From an uncultured virus (IMG/VR IMGVR_UViG_3300042465_003390) (taxonomy: Duplodnaviria > Heunggongvirae > Uroviricota > Caudoviricetes): DNA of 20,000 nt. How positions within the stretch are numbered: position 1 is the first letter of the stretch; the number at the start of each line of letters is the position of its first letter. The notes below the pieces were generated by a model. The model was not told where the DNA came from. It saw only the letters and a program-made list of their open reading frames with translations, and ran no database searches. A program made the translations under genes and the position numbers. The stretch is taken from the IMG/VR virus record IMGVR_UViG_3300042465_003390; one strand, written 5' to 3'. Positions 1-9,168 of this stretch are shown piece after piece.

Positions 1-2660
1 ACACGGGTGAAGCCCTGATCAACGTTCGCACCGATTAGAGCCTTGAAGAACTTCTTGATCTTCTCGAAGAAAGCACGCGGCCCACCGCCTAGCTTCAGAC
101 GGCCAGCCGTGTAGTCGCGAAACATTTCCGCAAAGGCTTCTTCTTTCTGCTGTGTCGGAGTGAGGTCTGGATACAGTTTATTTGCACGGTCAAGGTATGT
201 GTAGTTCCGCTTTTGCGTACCGTCTTTTGTACGTTTGACGTACTTGGTCTTCTCTGCAAAACGCTCGAGAGTCTTCATCTCATTGGGCTTGAACAAACCC
301 ATAGCCCGCAGCGCATGAACCACCTCATGGTTCATCACCTCAGAGGTGGCATCGAACAACTGTTGATCCGTCATCTTCGGATCATACAGGCCCATACCAA
401 GGCTAAGCACCTTGGTAACTGGATCAAACATGCCCTCAGCACCCTCAATCCTTTGTGCGCCCTCAAGCTTTACATCTTTGAGGCCGAGACTGTTCAGTCG
501 AGTTTGGAGTGCTTTGAGAACATTCGCTTGCTTTGCATTGAACGCCGGAGTGATCGGAGACACACCCTGATCTTCCTGCGCTTTAACCTGATCCGCTGCC
601 GCACGAGCGCGGGCTGCAGTAAGCTTACGCTCAATCTCACGCTGCCGTTCTTGCTCACGGAATTGCTCACCCTTTGCTTCCTGAAAAATCTTCTCAGGTG
701 TTTTCAGGTTAGACTGCGCCTCACCAAGGCGCGTAGATACCTCAGCCTGCTGCTGCTGCAGCTTCTGCATCCGATCAAGTTCATTTGAACTTAGTGTCCG
801 TTTTTTGGCCTGATCGTTAAGCTTGCGAACTTGCTTATTGATGGAGTTCAGTTGCTCCTTCTGCCCACGGATAGCGTTCTGTTGCGCCTCAAAGCGCGGA
901 CGCAGTGCTTCTACTGTGCCCTCAGCAATAGGCACAGCCTTCATCTGTGGCGGTATGCCAACCTTCTCAAAGCGAGGAACGTGCGTGTCCTGACCAAGTG
1001 TGCGCAGGCGCTGGTTTGCAAGCTCGATGCTTTGCTGGCTCTTCGCAATGCCCTGCTCTGTGCGGGCGATCTCTGCGTTCACCTGATCCGGCGTGACCTT
1101 GTTGCCGCTTAGATCGCGACCGTATGCTTCTGCCGCCTGCAGATCATAGCGCAGGCGCTCCAGCTTGGACTGATCCGCTTTGATGAAGTCTGCGGCGGTG
1201 TCGATCTGACGGCGGTAAGAAACGTCAGGCGTGTTTACTTCCGGTGCCAGAGCGTTCTTGGCGACGTACTTGCTCTTCTTTGCTACCGGATTTTCTACGA
1301 CAAAATCGCGAGCCTGAAGCTCCTTCATGATGTCACGCACCTTGGGTACGGTAACATCAGGCATGTCAGCCTTTACGCGCTGTTGGATTGCAGGGATGTT
1401 GATCTTCTTCCCGCTGGTAATGTCCGCCTTTACCTGCTGCAGAACACGCTCATACTGAGCCTTGTTAAAGCTCAGGTTAGCGAACTCTTCGTCAGCGATT
1501 GCGGTCTCGGGCGCAACATCAACAGTCTCAGGCGCAGGAAGCGCAAGGCGTTGCTGCGGCCCCTCAATGCCAAGCGGTGCATCAGGGTCAATGCCAGCGG
1601 AGGCAAGAGCCTTCGCACGATCTTCTGCAATCTGCCGCTCCGTTTCCTCGGCGAACTTAATCCTTCGATCACCCTCAAGGGTTAACTCTTTGTAGTCATC
1701 ATCGAGTTCCTTAGGCGCAACATCACGCTGCGCCACTCCACCAACGGCACCAATCGGGCCACCAAGAATACCAGCAGCCACACCAGCCTCGATGTATTCT
1801 TTGATGGCGTCATCACTGTCGATGGGCAGGCCAGCCTGTGCCCGCTCGATCATCTGCTGTGTGATTTCAGTTGGTACTTCTGTCGCCACACCAGTGGCAG
1901 CGCCCTTGCCTGCGCGCGCCCAGATACTGCCAACGCCGGGACGTATGGGTGCCAGAGCAAGGATGCGACCAGCGATACCTTCAATTGCAGCTTGACCACC
2001 AGCCGCCACTAGTGCGCGCTGGATATCCACGTTCTCCAGTTCACCTGCAGCAACCTGCTCTTCCTGACGCTGGACGTTGCCGCCAAACAACAGAGGGAAG
2101 GATGCAACAGCACCGCCAACGACAGCACCAATGCCAGTACCAATGAGTGGCACAAACGACCCAGCCAAAGCGCCAGCGGCAGAACCAGCAAGTGTTGTTC
2201 CAAGGATTGGTGCCTGCTGTCCCGCAACCTCACCTGCATATGTGAGTGCTGTCCCAACGCCGCTGACATCTTCAAGTCGTGTAGGCGCTGTCTCTTCCTG
2301 CAGTTCACGGAGTCGCTGCTCTGCGGCAGTTTCCATGCCACGGCCAAACTCCTGCACGCCCTCGAAGCCAAGGCCGCGACCAGCTTCCTCAATCGAGGTG
2401 CCGAGCAACGAGCGAATGGACTGCACCCCGGTAGAAAGTCCACGACCGAAAGCCGTACCATCATCCTCTTCAACGGGAGCCTCGGGTGCTACAGGGGCGG
2501 GTGCGCCAAATCTTTCTGCAGAAAACCTTTCAAATTCTGCCTCTTTTTGCAGAACAAACTGATTTATTCTTTCCTGCTCTTGCGGGGTTGGGGTGTCTCC
2601 GGCGATGTTGATAGAATAAAGCGTACCCGAAACTTGGCCCGGAACCTGTATGATCGCCAT
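1..2660 (-). CDS. Large internal virion/ejection (polyvalent-type) protein, >886 aa, 3'-truncated by the window edge; Gly/Ala hydrophobic segment, coiled coils and a zincin-like HEXXH domain
   Basis: Not in the ORF track because it has no stop in the window. My translation from ATG 2660 (GAGGT SD upstream) reads MAIIQVPGQVSGTLYSINIAGDTPT... It includes ILGTTLAGSAAGALAGSFVPLIGTGIGAVVGGAVASFPLLFGG, and in the same frame NHEVVHALRAM (first His codon starts at 329) followed by QKEEAFAEMF (~122-149). Its position after other core proteins matches the largest podovirus ejection protein. Confidence 0.85.
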   Translation of the reverse strand, partial: MAIIQVPGQVSGTLYSINIAGDTPTPQEQERINQFVLQKEAEFERFSAERFGAPAPVAPEAPVEEDDGTAFGRGLSTGVQSIRSLLGTSIEEAGRGLGFEGVQEFGRGMETAAEQRLRELQEETAPTRLEDVSGVGTALTYAGEVAGQQAPILGTTLAGSAAGALAGSFVPLIGTGIGAVVGGAVASFPLLFGGNVQRQEEQVAAGELENVDIQRALVAAGGQAAIEGIAGRILALAPIRPGVGSIWARAGKGAATGVATEVPTEITQQMIERAQAGLPIDSDDAIKEYIEAGVAAGILGGPIGAVGGVAQRDVAPKELDDDYKELTLEGDRRIKFAEETERQIAEDRAKALASAGIDPDAPLGIEGPQQRLALPAPETVDVAPETAIADEEFANLSFNKAQYERVLQQVKADITSGKKINIPAIQQRVKADMPDVTVPKVRDIMKELQARDFVVENPVAKKSKYVAKNALAPEVNTPDVSYRRQIDTAADFIKADQSKLERLRYDLQAAEAYGRDLSGNKVTPDQVNAEIARTEQGIAKSQQSIELANQRLRTLGQDTHVPRFEKVGIPPQMKAVPIAEGTVEALRPRFEAQQNAIRGQKEQLNSINKQVRKLNDQAKKRTLSSNELDRMQKLQQQQAEVSTRLGEAQSNLKTPEKIFQEAKGEQFREQERQREIERKLTAARARAAADQVKAQEDQGVSPITPAFNAKQANVLKALQTRLNSLGLKDVKLEGAQRIEGAEGMFDPVTKVLSLGMGLYDPKMTDQQLFDATSEVMNHEVVHALRAMGLFKPNEMKTLERFAEKTKYVKRTKDGTQKRNYTYLDRANKLYPDLTPTQQKEEAFAEMFRDYTAGRLKLGGGPRAFFEKIKKFFKALIGANVDQGFTR

Positions 2661-2674
2661 GACATTACCTCAGA

Positions 2675-4720
2675 TTATTGTGTGGCGTTATAATCAACTA
2701 TTCCGCCCTGAACTGCAGCAAGATACTGATCCTCCAGTTGCTTTATAGTTACCTGCAGGTCGCGAGGTACACGACTGTAATCTTTTGTTGTGACTTCCTG
2801 CCCAAAATCATTCACAGAAGTTACTGTTGCCTGATCTTCCGCAATGCCACTGAAGTAATCAAGTATGCCTTTGAGTTCGGCAGGGCTTTGCCTCCGTGAT
2901 CTACCACCGCCAGAAGCACGAGAACGCTGAAGCCCAGCCTGAGCATTAAGGAGCGTCAAGATGTCCTTGTCGTAGGCACTGCGGGCTTGCTGCATGGCAC
3001 CAATCCCTGCAAGCCCAGCCTCACCAATAGCGCCACCAATGGTGGGCTGATCAGAAGCCATCAGTGCCAGACCAGTCTGGGCAAGAGCCAGCCACTTGTC
3101 CGCCTGAGCAGACTTCTCACGCTCTTCAATCATGCTGGCAACACGGCTTTCAATGGAGCCAAGGGCACCACCACCACCACCACCGCCGCCGCCGCCATCT
3201 GGAATGGCAGAAGTGGTCGTTGTTAGGTCAGGCTGCGTTGCAGCATCGGTCGCTGCAGTGCCGAACGAAAGCGGAATCCCGTCAGGGCCCACATCGACAG
3301 TGCCAGTATCAAGCGATCCAAGGCCATATGACAGACCCTGATCCCGCGTGCGTGGTGCTTCAGCAGAAGAAGAAGAAGCAGCGGCGTCTTCGCCACCTTC
3401 TCCAAGTACTCTTTCCCTAAAGTCTTGACCAGCGATATCGGCCTGCTCCCTAGCCCCGACTACAAATGACTCAGCTCCGGGAATGTATGTTGCAATATTT
3501 GCAAGGGTATCGGCACCTAAACCATACAAACCAGCGGTGGCACCGACGCCATAATCCGCAGCGGTTTCACCCACATCAGAGAGAAGACCTGTGGCAGCGT
3601 CAATGCCACGCTGACGTTCTTGAGCCACAGCCATTTCTTCTGGGGTCATTACGTTTTCTACGCCACGAAACTGATTGTATGCCCGAAGACCCTCTCCGGA
3701 ACGCATGTACTCAGTCTCAGCGCGAAGACGCTCCATGGGGCTCATGGGCTGCGAGCGATCAGGTGGCGTGTAGAACGATGGCTCTTCGCTGGGAACAGGG
3801 CTTCCTTCCGGCACTGGAGGATACAGTGGCTGCGGGGGGGACGCCAAGCCTCCAGACTCAGGTGCAGTGGGGTCTGGGGCAAAGCGAGGCTGCTCGTCAA
3901 GTGACGCTCTGTAGTTTGCGGATAGGTCGGCATCAGTAGGAAGCAAAGCATTCTCGGCTTGCCGTTGCATCATACGACGATACATCGCTTCATTTTCTGG
4001 AACACCAGAAAGGTTCATTTGCTGCAAGAAGGACGAATATCCCTGTTCGCGATCAGCCTCCGAAACACCCGCTGGAAGAAAGTCTTCTACATTTGTGCTG
4101 ACCTGTGACAGCATGGGCTGTGTCGCATCAAACACATCGGTGCGAACCCCTTGGGGCTCACGACTTGCGAGCAGACGTTCGATGCTTCTGGCCCGCGTTT
4201 CTGGCGGAAGGGATGCAATGTACTCATCCACAGTCACACCCATGCGCTCTGCCATGGCTCGGACTGTAGGGTCGCTAGCAAGGACGCTGGAAAAGTTTTG
4301 TTGCGAGTATCCCACCAACGATTGGCTGTCTGGGAACCCACCAACCTGCATCTTCCGCACATACCCACCGTCGTACATGCCCTGCACTGGCATCTCTTGA
4401 GGCTGTGGCGCACGGGTCGCCTCGGCCTGCATCATATCATTGACGCCAGTATCTTGTGCAATTGCACTTCTCGGGGCCATTGCCTGAGAGATACCCATGA
4501 TGCCTTCCTGCGGCATGCCCGCCGCAGTGACGGCCTCTTCAGCCACGGTCTGCATGCCCTGTGCCTGCTGACGCTGATACTCATCGCGCATCCGCTTGCG
4601 GCGTTTTAGTTCACTCAAGACAAGGAACTGAGGCGCAGTGCCAGTCGGCATCTGCATTTCCTGCATCAAAGACTGTTCAGGCAAATCCTTCAGACGTTCC
4701 TGTAGATCGATGATGTTCAT
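2675..4720 (-). CDS. Putative internal virion/DNA-ejection protein (681 aa, largely low complexity)
   Basis: Long ORF with ATGA overlap to the upstream gene. Helical N-terminus (MNIIDLQERLKDLPEQSLMQEMQMPTGTAPQFLVLSELKRRKRMR), Pro/Glu-rich middle, Gly10 linker, hydrophobic WLALAQTGLALMAS...IGGAIGEAGLAGIGAM segment. Function inferred from synteny. Confidence 0.7.
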   Translation of the reverse strand: MNIIDLQERLKDLPEQSLMQEMQMPTGTAPQFLVLSELKRRKRMRDEYQRQQAQGMQTVAEEAVTAAGMPQEGIMGISQAMAPRSAIAQDTGVNDMMQAEATRAPQPQEMPVQGMYDGGYVRKMQVGGFPDSQSLVGYSQQNFSSVLASDPTVRAMAERMGVTVDEYIASLPPETRARSIERLLASREPQGVRTDVFDATQPMLSQVSTNVEDFLPAGVSEADREQGYSSFLQQMNLSGVPENEAMYRRMMQRQAENALLPTDADLSANYRASLDEQPRFAPDPTAPESGGLASPPQPLYPPVPEGSPVPSEEPSFYTPPDRSQPMSPMERLRAETEYMRSGEGLRAYNQFRGVENVMTPEEMAVAQERQRGIDAATGLLSDVGETAADYGVGATAGLYGLGADTLANIATYIPGAESFVVGAREQADIAGQDFRERVLGEGGEDAAASSSSAEAPRTRDQGLSYGLGSLDTGTVDVGPDGIPLSFGTAATDAATQPDLTTTTSAIPDGGGGGGGGGGALGSIESRVASMIEEREKSAQADKWLALAQTGLALMASDQPTIGGAIGEAGLAGIGAMQQARSAYDKDILTLLNAQAGLQRSRASGGGRSRRQSPAELKGILDYFSGIAEDQATVTSVNDFGQEVTTKDYSRVPRDLQVTIKQLEDQYLAAVQGGIVDYNATQ
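3167..3196 (-). repeat. Trinucleotide run (GGC)4(GGT)6 encoding a Gly10 linker
   Basis: Plus strand reads (acc)6(gcc)4; translated in frame as PDGGGGGGGGGGALG. Confidence 0.9.
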
Positions 4721-6666
4721 GCTGTCAGCCCTCTATAAAGTCCAAGCGCCGAAATCCCAGCGCCCAGCGCCTGCTGGATAGGATTGTACGAAGCAAAACG
4801 CTGCTCTTCCACATTCGGCGTAACGGGAATGCCGCGCATAAAATTACCAAAGCGTTCATACATGCTCATCGGGTAGTCCCGCTGGCGCACAAAGTCCTCA
4901 TATGCCATGTCCAAACGCGCCTGATCTTCCGCCCTGATATCGCGGCCAATCGTTTCAAGAAGCTGCGCGCCCTGAATGTCGGCTGCCCGTTGACGTTCTC
5001 CAAGGCCAGCAAGGCCAGCGCCAAGTCCAGCAAGCTGTCCGGCACCACTGCCCATCGCCTGATACGCAGCAAGACCTTGGCCTGCACCGAACTGACGCGA
5101 CATCTCTCGTGCTTGCTGAATCCTAGCTAACTCTGAGGCCTCAGCAGCCTGAATACGCGCTGCTTCATCAACAGATATACCTTGAACTCTAGCGAGTTCT
5201 CTTGCCTGAGAATCCTGAATGCGCGCAACTTCACTGGCAGTAAGAGTTTGTGCCCTTCCACGTTCGCCAACGCGACCAGACTGAATACGCGCCATCTCCC
5301 CAGCTTCGGCACCCTGAGTTCGACCCATCTCCGATCTCATAAAGTCATCAAGGCGAGCTTGCTCTGATGCACGGGCTCCCTGAACGCGAGCCATTTCTTG
5401 CTGCATGACTGCATCCATGCGGGCGTTTTCTGCGGCCTGAGCCCCTTGAACGCGACCCATTTCGGATGCCTTGCCAGCCTGAATGCGTGCCAAGTCTTGG
5501 TACTTGGACGCTTGAACACGCGCTGCCTCTGCGGCAGCCTGATCTCCGGAGCGAGCAAACTCGGCAGCTTGAGCCTGCTCACGAGAAGCCAATTCTGTAT
5601 AGCGTGCTTGATCAACACGCGCTTGCTCAGCCGCTTGACCAGCTTGAACTCTAGCAAACTCACCAGCCTGTGCACGCTCTGTCTCCATGCGAGCAGCACG
5701 ATCAAGGCCGAACTGTTGAGCTGCCTGTTCAAATGCAGCCTGAGAGCCACGAGCCTGAATGTCACCCATCTGGCGACCAAGAGCTTCCTCGGCAAGCGCC
5801 TCCTGTACAGCCTGACGCGAACCACCGAATGCCCCGGCTTGGACGGCTTGAGCTGCGCGGGAAGAACCCTGCCGCTCAAACTCCAACTGAGCCTGACGCT
5901 GCTGTTGATCTACAACGGACTGCATGTACGGAGACATGTACTGCCCTACGGCAGAACCCGTAAAGCGTTCGGGCTCCTGATACTGAAAGCCCTCAAACTG
6001 ATAGTCAGGGCGGAACTCAAAGTTGCTAAACTCCGCAGGCCCACGGAACTGATACTGATCAAATTCTCCGAAAGGCGTGAACTCGGCTTCCCTAAATCCT
6101 TCGTACCGCGTTGGGTTAAAGGCTTGGAACTCATCCATCATGGATGTCGCTTGCGCTTGCTCAAACCCAGAGTACGGCGTGAACTCGTCGGCAAAGTCAC
6201 GAGTGTCCGCAGCCTGAAACCCAGCATAAGGGCTTACTTGAGTTTGTGCAAACCCGGTGTATGGATCAAACTGGCCAGTCTCATAATCGGCCAAGCCACG
6301 CAGACCTTGGATGGCTTCGTCCTGATACCCCATACCACGACGCGCGGCACCCATAGCCTCCGGCATTCCAGCAATGCCAGACTCAGCAATGCCGCGCACC
6401 ATTGCACGGGAGCCCATGATGTCGCCGTACATGGCAGACGGAGCGATGCGCTCGCCCTGATACTCACGATAAGTAGTGTCGTAAATTTCCTGCCCAGTAT
6501 TGGGATCAATTGCAATATTACCAGTGTTAGGATCGATACGCGGCTGAAACGGCATCATTGTCTCTTCAGCGCCCTGAAGCAGGCGACGGAAGTACGGATC
6601 AGCGTATTCAGGTAGACTCGTCTGCCGTACCGTTGAATCTCCCGGTGCCTGCTTGCCCTTGCCCAT
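4717..6666 (-). CDS. Putative internal virion/ejection (DNA pilot-like) protein with 11-residue repeat array (649 aa)
   Basis: MGKGK...LPEYADPY start, core YMSPYMQSVVD...AVQAGAFGGSRQAV and C-terminal NPIQQALGAGISALGLY. I recognise these motifs from core proteins of uncultured podovirus-like phages. Directly follows the GNAT-like gene. Confidence 0.7.
   Translation of the reverse strand: MGKGKQAPGDSTVRQTSLPEYADPYFRRLLQGAEETMMPFQPRIDPNTGNIAIDPNTGQEIYDTTYREYQGERIAPSAMYGDIMGSRAMVRGIAESGIAGMPEAMGAARRGMGYQDEAIQGLRGLADYETGQFDPYTGFAQTQVSPYAGFQAADTRDFADEFTPYSGFEQAQATSMMDEFQAFNPTRYEGFREAEFTPFGEFDQYQFRGPAEFSNFEFRPDYQFEGFQYQEPERFTGSAVGQYMSPYMQSVVDQQQRQAQLEFERQGSSRAAQAVQAGAFGGSRQAVQEALAEEALGRQMGDIQARGSQAAFEQAAQQFGLDRAARMETERAQAGEFARVQAGQAAEQARVDQARYTELASREQAQAAEFARSGDQAAAEAARVQASKYQDLARIQAGKASEMGRVQGAQAAENARMDAVMQQEMARVQGARASEQARLDDFMRSEMGRTQGAEAGEMARIQSGRVGERGRAQTLTASEVARIQDSQARELARVQGISVDEAARIQAAEASELARIQQAREMSRQFGAGQGLAAYQAMGSGAGQLAGLGAGLAGLGERQRAADIQGAQLLETIGRDIRAEDQARLDMAYEDFVRQRDYPMSMYERFGNFMRGIPVTPNVEEQRFASYNPIQQALGAGISALGLYRGLTA
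5119..5679 (-). repeat. 17 x 33-nt (11-aa) degenerate coding tandem repeat, consensus approx. Q-A/G-x-x-A-x-E-x-A-R-V/I
   Basis: ERAQAGEFARV QAGQAAEQARV DQARYTELASR EQAQAAEFARS GDQAAAEAARV QASKYQDLARI QAGKASEMGRV ... QDSQARELARV QGISVDEAARI QAAEASELARI; 561 nt = 17 x 33 with no indel. Confidence 0.9.
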
Positions 6667-7084
6667 CGCTCAACTCCATTCGGTAGGCTGTGTATTCTGG
6701 ATAGAAATTGTACTTCTCCAAGAACCTACCCCAGCCTTTTCTACCATATCCTTCGAGGTGTTCACACCCCAGTTCATCCGCGTATCGCTTCATGGTGTCG
6801 ATCATTTGATCGGCCCATTCCTTCATGCGGGTGCCACCAACCCAATCCAAGGCTAGTGCCCTTCGCTGCGGGTACACAATCAGTCGTGTGGTGAATGCAG
6901 CAACTATGTTGTTGTCATCATCCAGCACGACCCAAAGAGCGTATGTCCCATCAAACACGCCATCTAAAATGTCGATAACATCGGACTTGTTTTTGACGGT
7001 CTCTACGCTCTTCTTTAATACCCGATCAACATCCCTCCATACCATTCTCACCGCGTCTTGCGGCACCGAACTTATTCTCAGCAC
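6608..7084 (-). CDS. GNAT-like (acetyltransferase-fold) virion assembly protein, positionally like P22 gp14/T7 gp13
   Basis: GTG start immediately after the upstream TAA. Pattern LWVV...IVAAFTTRLIVYPQRRALALDWVGG...YADELGCEHLEGYGRKGWGRFL is typical of phage GNAT-like proteins found just before ejection genes. Confidence 0.7.
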   Translation of the reverse strand: MLRISSVPQDAVRMVWRDVDRVLKKSVETVKNKSDVIDILDGVFDGTYALWVVLDDDNNIVAAFTTRLIVYPQRRALALDWVGGTRMKEWADQMIDTMKRYADELGCEHLEGYGRKGWGRFLEKYNFYPEYTAYRMELSDGQGQAGTGRFNGTADEST

Positions 7085-8218
7085 TTATCCCACCATTGCT
7101 TCGAGTTTCCTTGGAGCATCATCTTCCGAACGATTTACAATATCAAGGAAGCCACCACCGTATGCTTTCTCCAGAGCATCGGCGGTCTTCTTCCTCAAAA
7201 CAAACTCTCCGTCAGATAGTAGCACGTCCTGCTCACCTTCGAGTGTGGCTGGCACCATGTCGTCTACGCCGGAACCGTCGCCGGGGCCGCGAACAATGCC
7301 CTTCTCGCCTTCAGCAAAACGCTCGACAGTATCGTCAAGTTCACCAGATTGAACGCGCTCAACGAGATCGCGCAGGGCGTCCTCTCCGTATTTCTGAACA
7401 AACATTCCCAAAACGATTTCGGGCCTGTCAGATGCGCCCTTGATGGCGCGAATAGCTTCGACGATAACATCCTTTTCATTCATGCCGTTGGATGCCATTT
7501 CGTCTTCTACATCGACTTCAACATCCCCACCTTCTTGCATACGACGCAGGCTAAGGATGCCACCGCCAGAATAGTAGTACGGATATTGTGGAGTGTATCC
7601 GGGAGGTGCCGGAGGTCTTTGATACTGGAAGTAAAGCCCTTCGCCACCGCCACTTGCGAACGGGTCTGGGTTGTATGTCGCCCGCATGGGCCTTGGCATT
7701 GGCGGCTTTCCAGCTTCTTCTTTTTCTTTTTTCTTACGCTCTGCATCGCTGGCTTGTCTTTGAGCCATGCTCATGTCGGACATGGTCTGCCCAATCATGC
7801 CAGCCTGAAACACGCCCGGAGCAAATGCTCCAGCCGCTGCCTGCTGCATACCGGGCGACGAGAAGAGGTTTCCAAGAATGCCCCTGCCAGCCGTTCCAGC
7901 CGCAGCTCCACTAGCGGCGGGCGCTGCTTGCAAGAATCGAGGCGTAGGAAGGTTACCGATTGCAGTCTCCGTCATAGGCGCATTGGCAGCGCCTGATCCT
8001 CCGGTAATTCCACCAAGGACTTTTCCACCAAGGAAAGACGTTAGGCCAGTCTTGATGCCCTCTCCAAGGTCTCCCGTTTGAATAAACGATCCAAGGCCAG
8101 CACCCAGACCAGCAAGACCTGCCGTGCCAACAGTTCCGGCTAGCGTTGTAAGGAAGGGTATAGACCCGGATGCAGCAAGCGCAGGCAGACCCAGCGACAT
8201 AAGGAGTGGCAAAACCAT
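7085..8218 (-). CDS. Putative internal virion protein with hydrophobic Gly-rich N-terminus and C-terminal GPG...D.VPA.L...LSDGEFV module
   Basis: Start moved to ATG 8218 (GAGG SD 6 nt upstream). N-terminal GxxxG-rich hydrophobic stretch. C-terminal FAEGEKGIVRGPGDGSGVDDMVPATLEGEQDVLLSDGEFVL. Confidence 0.7.
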   Translation of the reverse strand: MVLPLLMSLGLPALAASGSIPFLTTLAGTVGTAGLAGLGAGLGSFIQTGDLGEGIKTGLTSFLGGKVLGGITGGSGAANAPMTETAIGNLPTPRFLQAAPAASGAAAGTAGRGILGNLFSSPGMQQAAAGAFAPGVFQAGMIGQTMSDMSMAQRQASDAERKKKEKEEAGKPPMPRPMRATYNPDPFASGGGEGLYFQYQRPPAPPGYTPQYPYYYSGGGILSLRRMQEGGDVEVDVEDEMASNGMNEKDVIVEAIRAIKGASDRPEIVLGMFVQKYGEDALRDLVERVQSGELDDTVERFAEGEKGIVRGPGDGSGVDDMVPATLEGEQDVLLSDGEFVLRKKTADALEKAYGGGFLDIVNRSEDDAPRKLEAMVG

Positions 8219-8271
8219 GGCGTACCTCAACGTTTGGCAGATATTAGCACCAAGGTGCCAACATTAAAAGT

Positions 8272-9159
8272 TCATTTGAACCTTTGTTGTTTGGGCGCTT
8301 TGCTGAACAGCTTCTCCATAGTCCTTGGGCCAACGATGCCATCAGCCGTTAGCCCATTGGCAGCCTGCCACTTCTTAACGGCAGCTTCTGTTCCGGGCCC
8401 AAAGTCTCCGTCAGATTTGATGCCAAGCGCAGCCTGCATCTTCTTGACAGCATCCCCCTTTGAGCCCTTGCGTAGAGTTCCAACAGGGGCCGCTGGAGCG
8501 GCGGCAGGAGCGGGCGCAGTGACGGCCCCGCCCATAGCTGCCATGGCCTTGGCATAGCGTGCCTGACGATCTGCGAGGCCAATGTCGCCGCCGTTGATGA
8601 TTTTGGTGAGACGTGTCACGTCGCCTGTGTCCGCAACGTCATTTAGGTTGCGGCTGCCCCAGAACCACAGCGCGCTCTCAAGTGCACCCTTCTTGGTTAA
8701 AAGATACTCAGCAGCTTCTTCAGCAGTCATGCCAACGGTCTTGCCGAATGCGGTCGTATTCGCACGGCCAGTAACTTGTTTCAGACCTTTTCCTCTGAAT
8801 AAAAAACCATCCCCCTCTTTTTGGTTGCCTAAAGCACCAGCCTTGGAGCGGTTCTTATCCATGTAGACATAGTTGGCGATCTTCTCAGGCTTGCCTGCAT
8901 ACTCGGCGGCGTTCTCTTTGCCGGGGCCAAAGTATCGCGGGAACACGCGCAGGAGTGTGGCCTCCCTGTAGTTCAGGTTCTCTTCCAACACGCGGAAGTC
9001 CATGCTCTCATGGGCGCACTGGCTGACAAAGCTGGCAATGCGCTTGTCGGTGGTGATGCCATACTTCGGCAACATCTCATTCAATGCTTCACACCACTCC
9101 TCGACCTCCTTGTTAGTCGGAATCATGGCGCGCAGTTGATCTACGGTTAGCAGGGTCAT
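8272..9159 (-). CDS. Endolysin: glycoside hydrolase family 19 domain plus C-terminal peptidoglycan-binding (PG_binding_1) domain
   Basis: GH19 motifs [55 protein letters not shown]. Ala/Pro linker, then [17 protein letters not shown]...[31 protein letters not shown]. Confidence 0.93.
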   Translation of the reverse strand: MTLLTVDQLRAMIPTNKEVEEWCEALNEMLPKYGITTDKRIASFVSQCAHESMDFRVLEENLNYREATLLRVFPRYFGPGKENAAEYAGKPEKIANYVYMDKNRSKAGALGNQKEGDGFLFRGKGLKQVTGRANTTAFGKTVGMTAEEAAEYLLTKKGALESALWFWGSRNLNDVADTGDVTRLTKIINGGDIGLADRQARYAKAMAAMGGAVTAPAPAAAPAAPVGTLRKGSKGDAVKKMQAALGIKSDGDFGPGTEAAVKKWQAANGLTADGIVGPRTMEKLFSKAPKQQRFK

Positions 9160-9168
9160 CTACGGCTC

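Noticed and set aside
315..348. Short inverted repeats atgaacca-cctca-tggttcat and cacctc-a-gaggtg
   Set aside because: They lie inside the HEXXH coding sequence, are explained by the repeated EV/H codons, and are short enough to arise by chance.
3167..3196. Trinucleotide microsatellite as a phase-variation switch
   Set aside because: A unit of 3 keeps the frame; it only encodes a Gly linker.
5398..6615. 405-aa plus-strand ORF, and other long plus-strand ORFs such as 213-788, 7349-7996, 10707-11369, 16545-17159 and 18150-18929
   Set aside because: They are antisense shadows of well-supported minus-strand genes and have no recognisable motifs.
8246..8262. Sigma54-like TTGGCAC...TGCT on the minus strand in the only sizeable intergenic gap (8219-8271)
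   Set aside because: Only 9 nt separate GG and GC, and sigma54 requires 10. The small gcacc/ggtgc inverted repeat has a 2-nt loop and no U-tract, so it is not a convincing terminator either.
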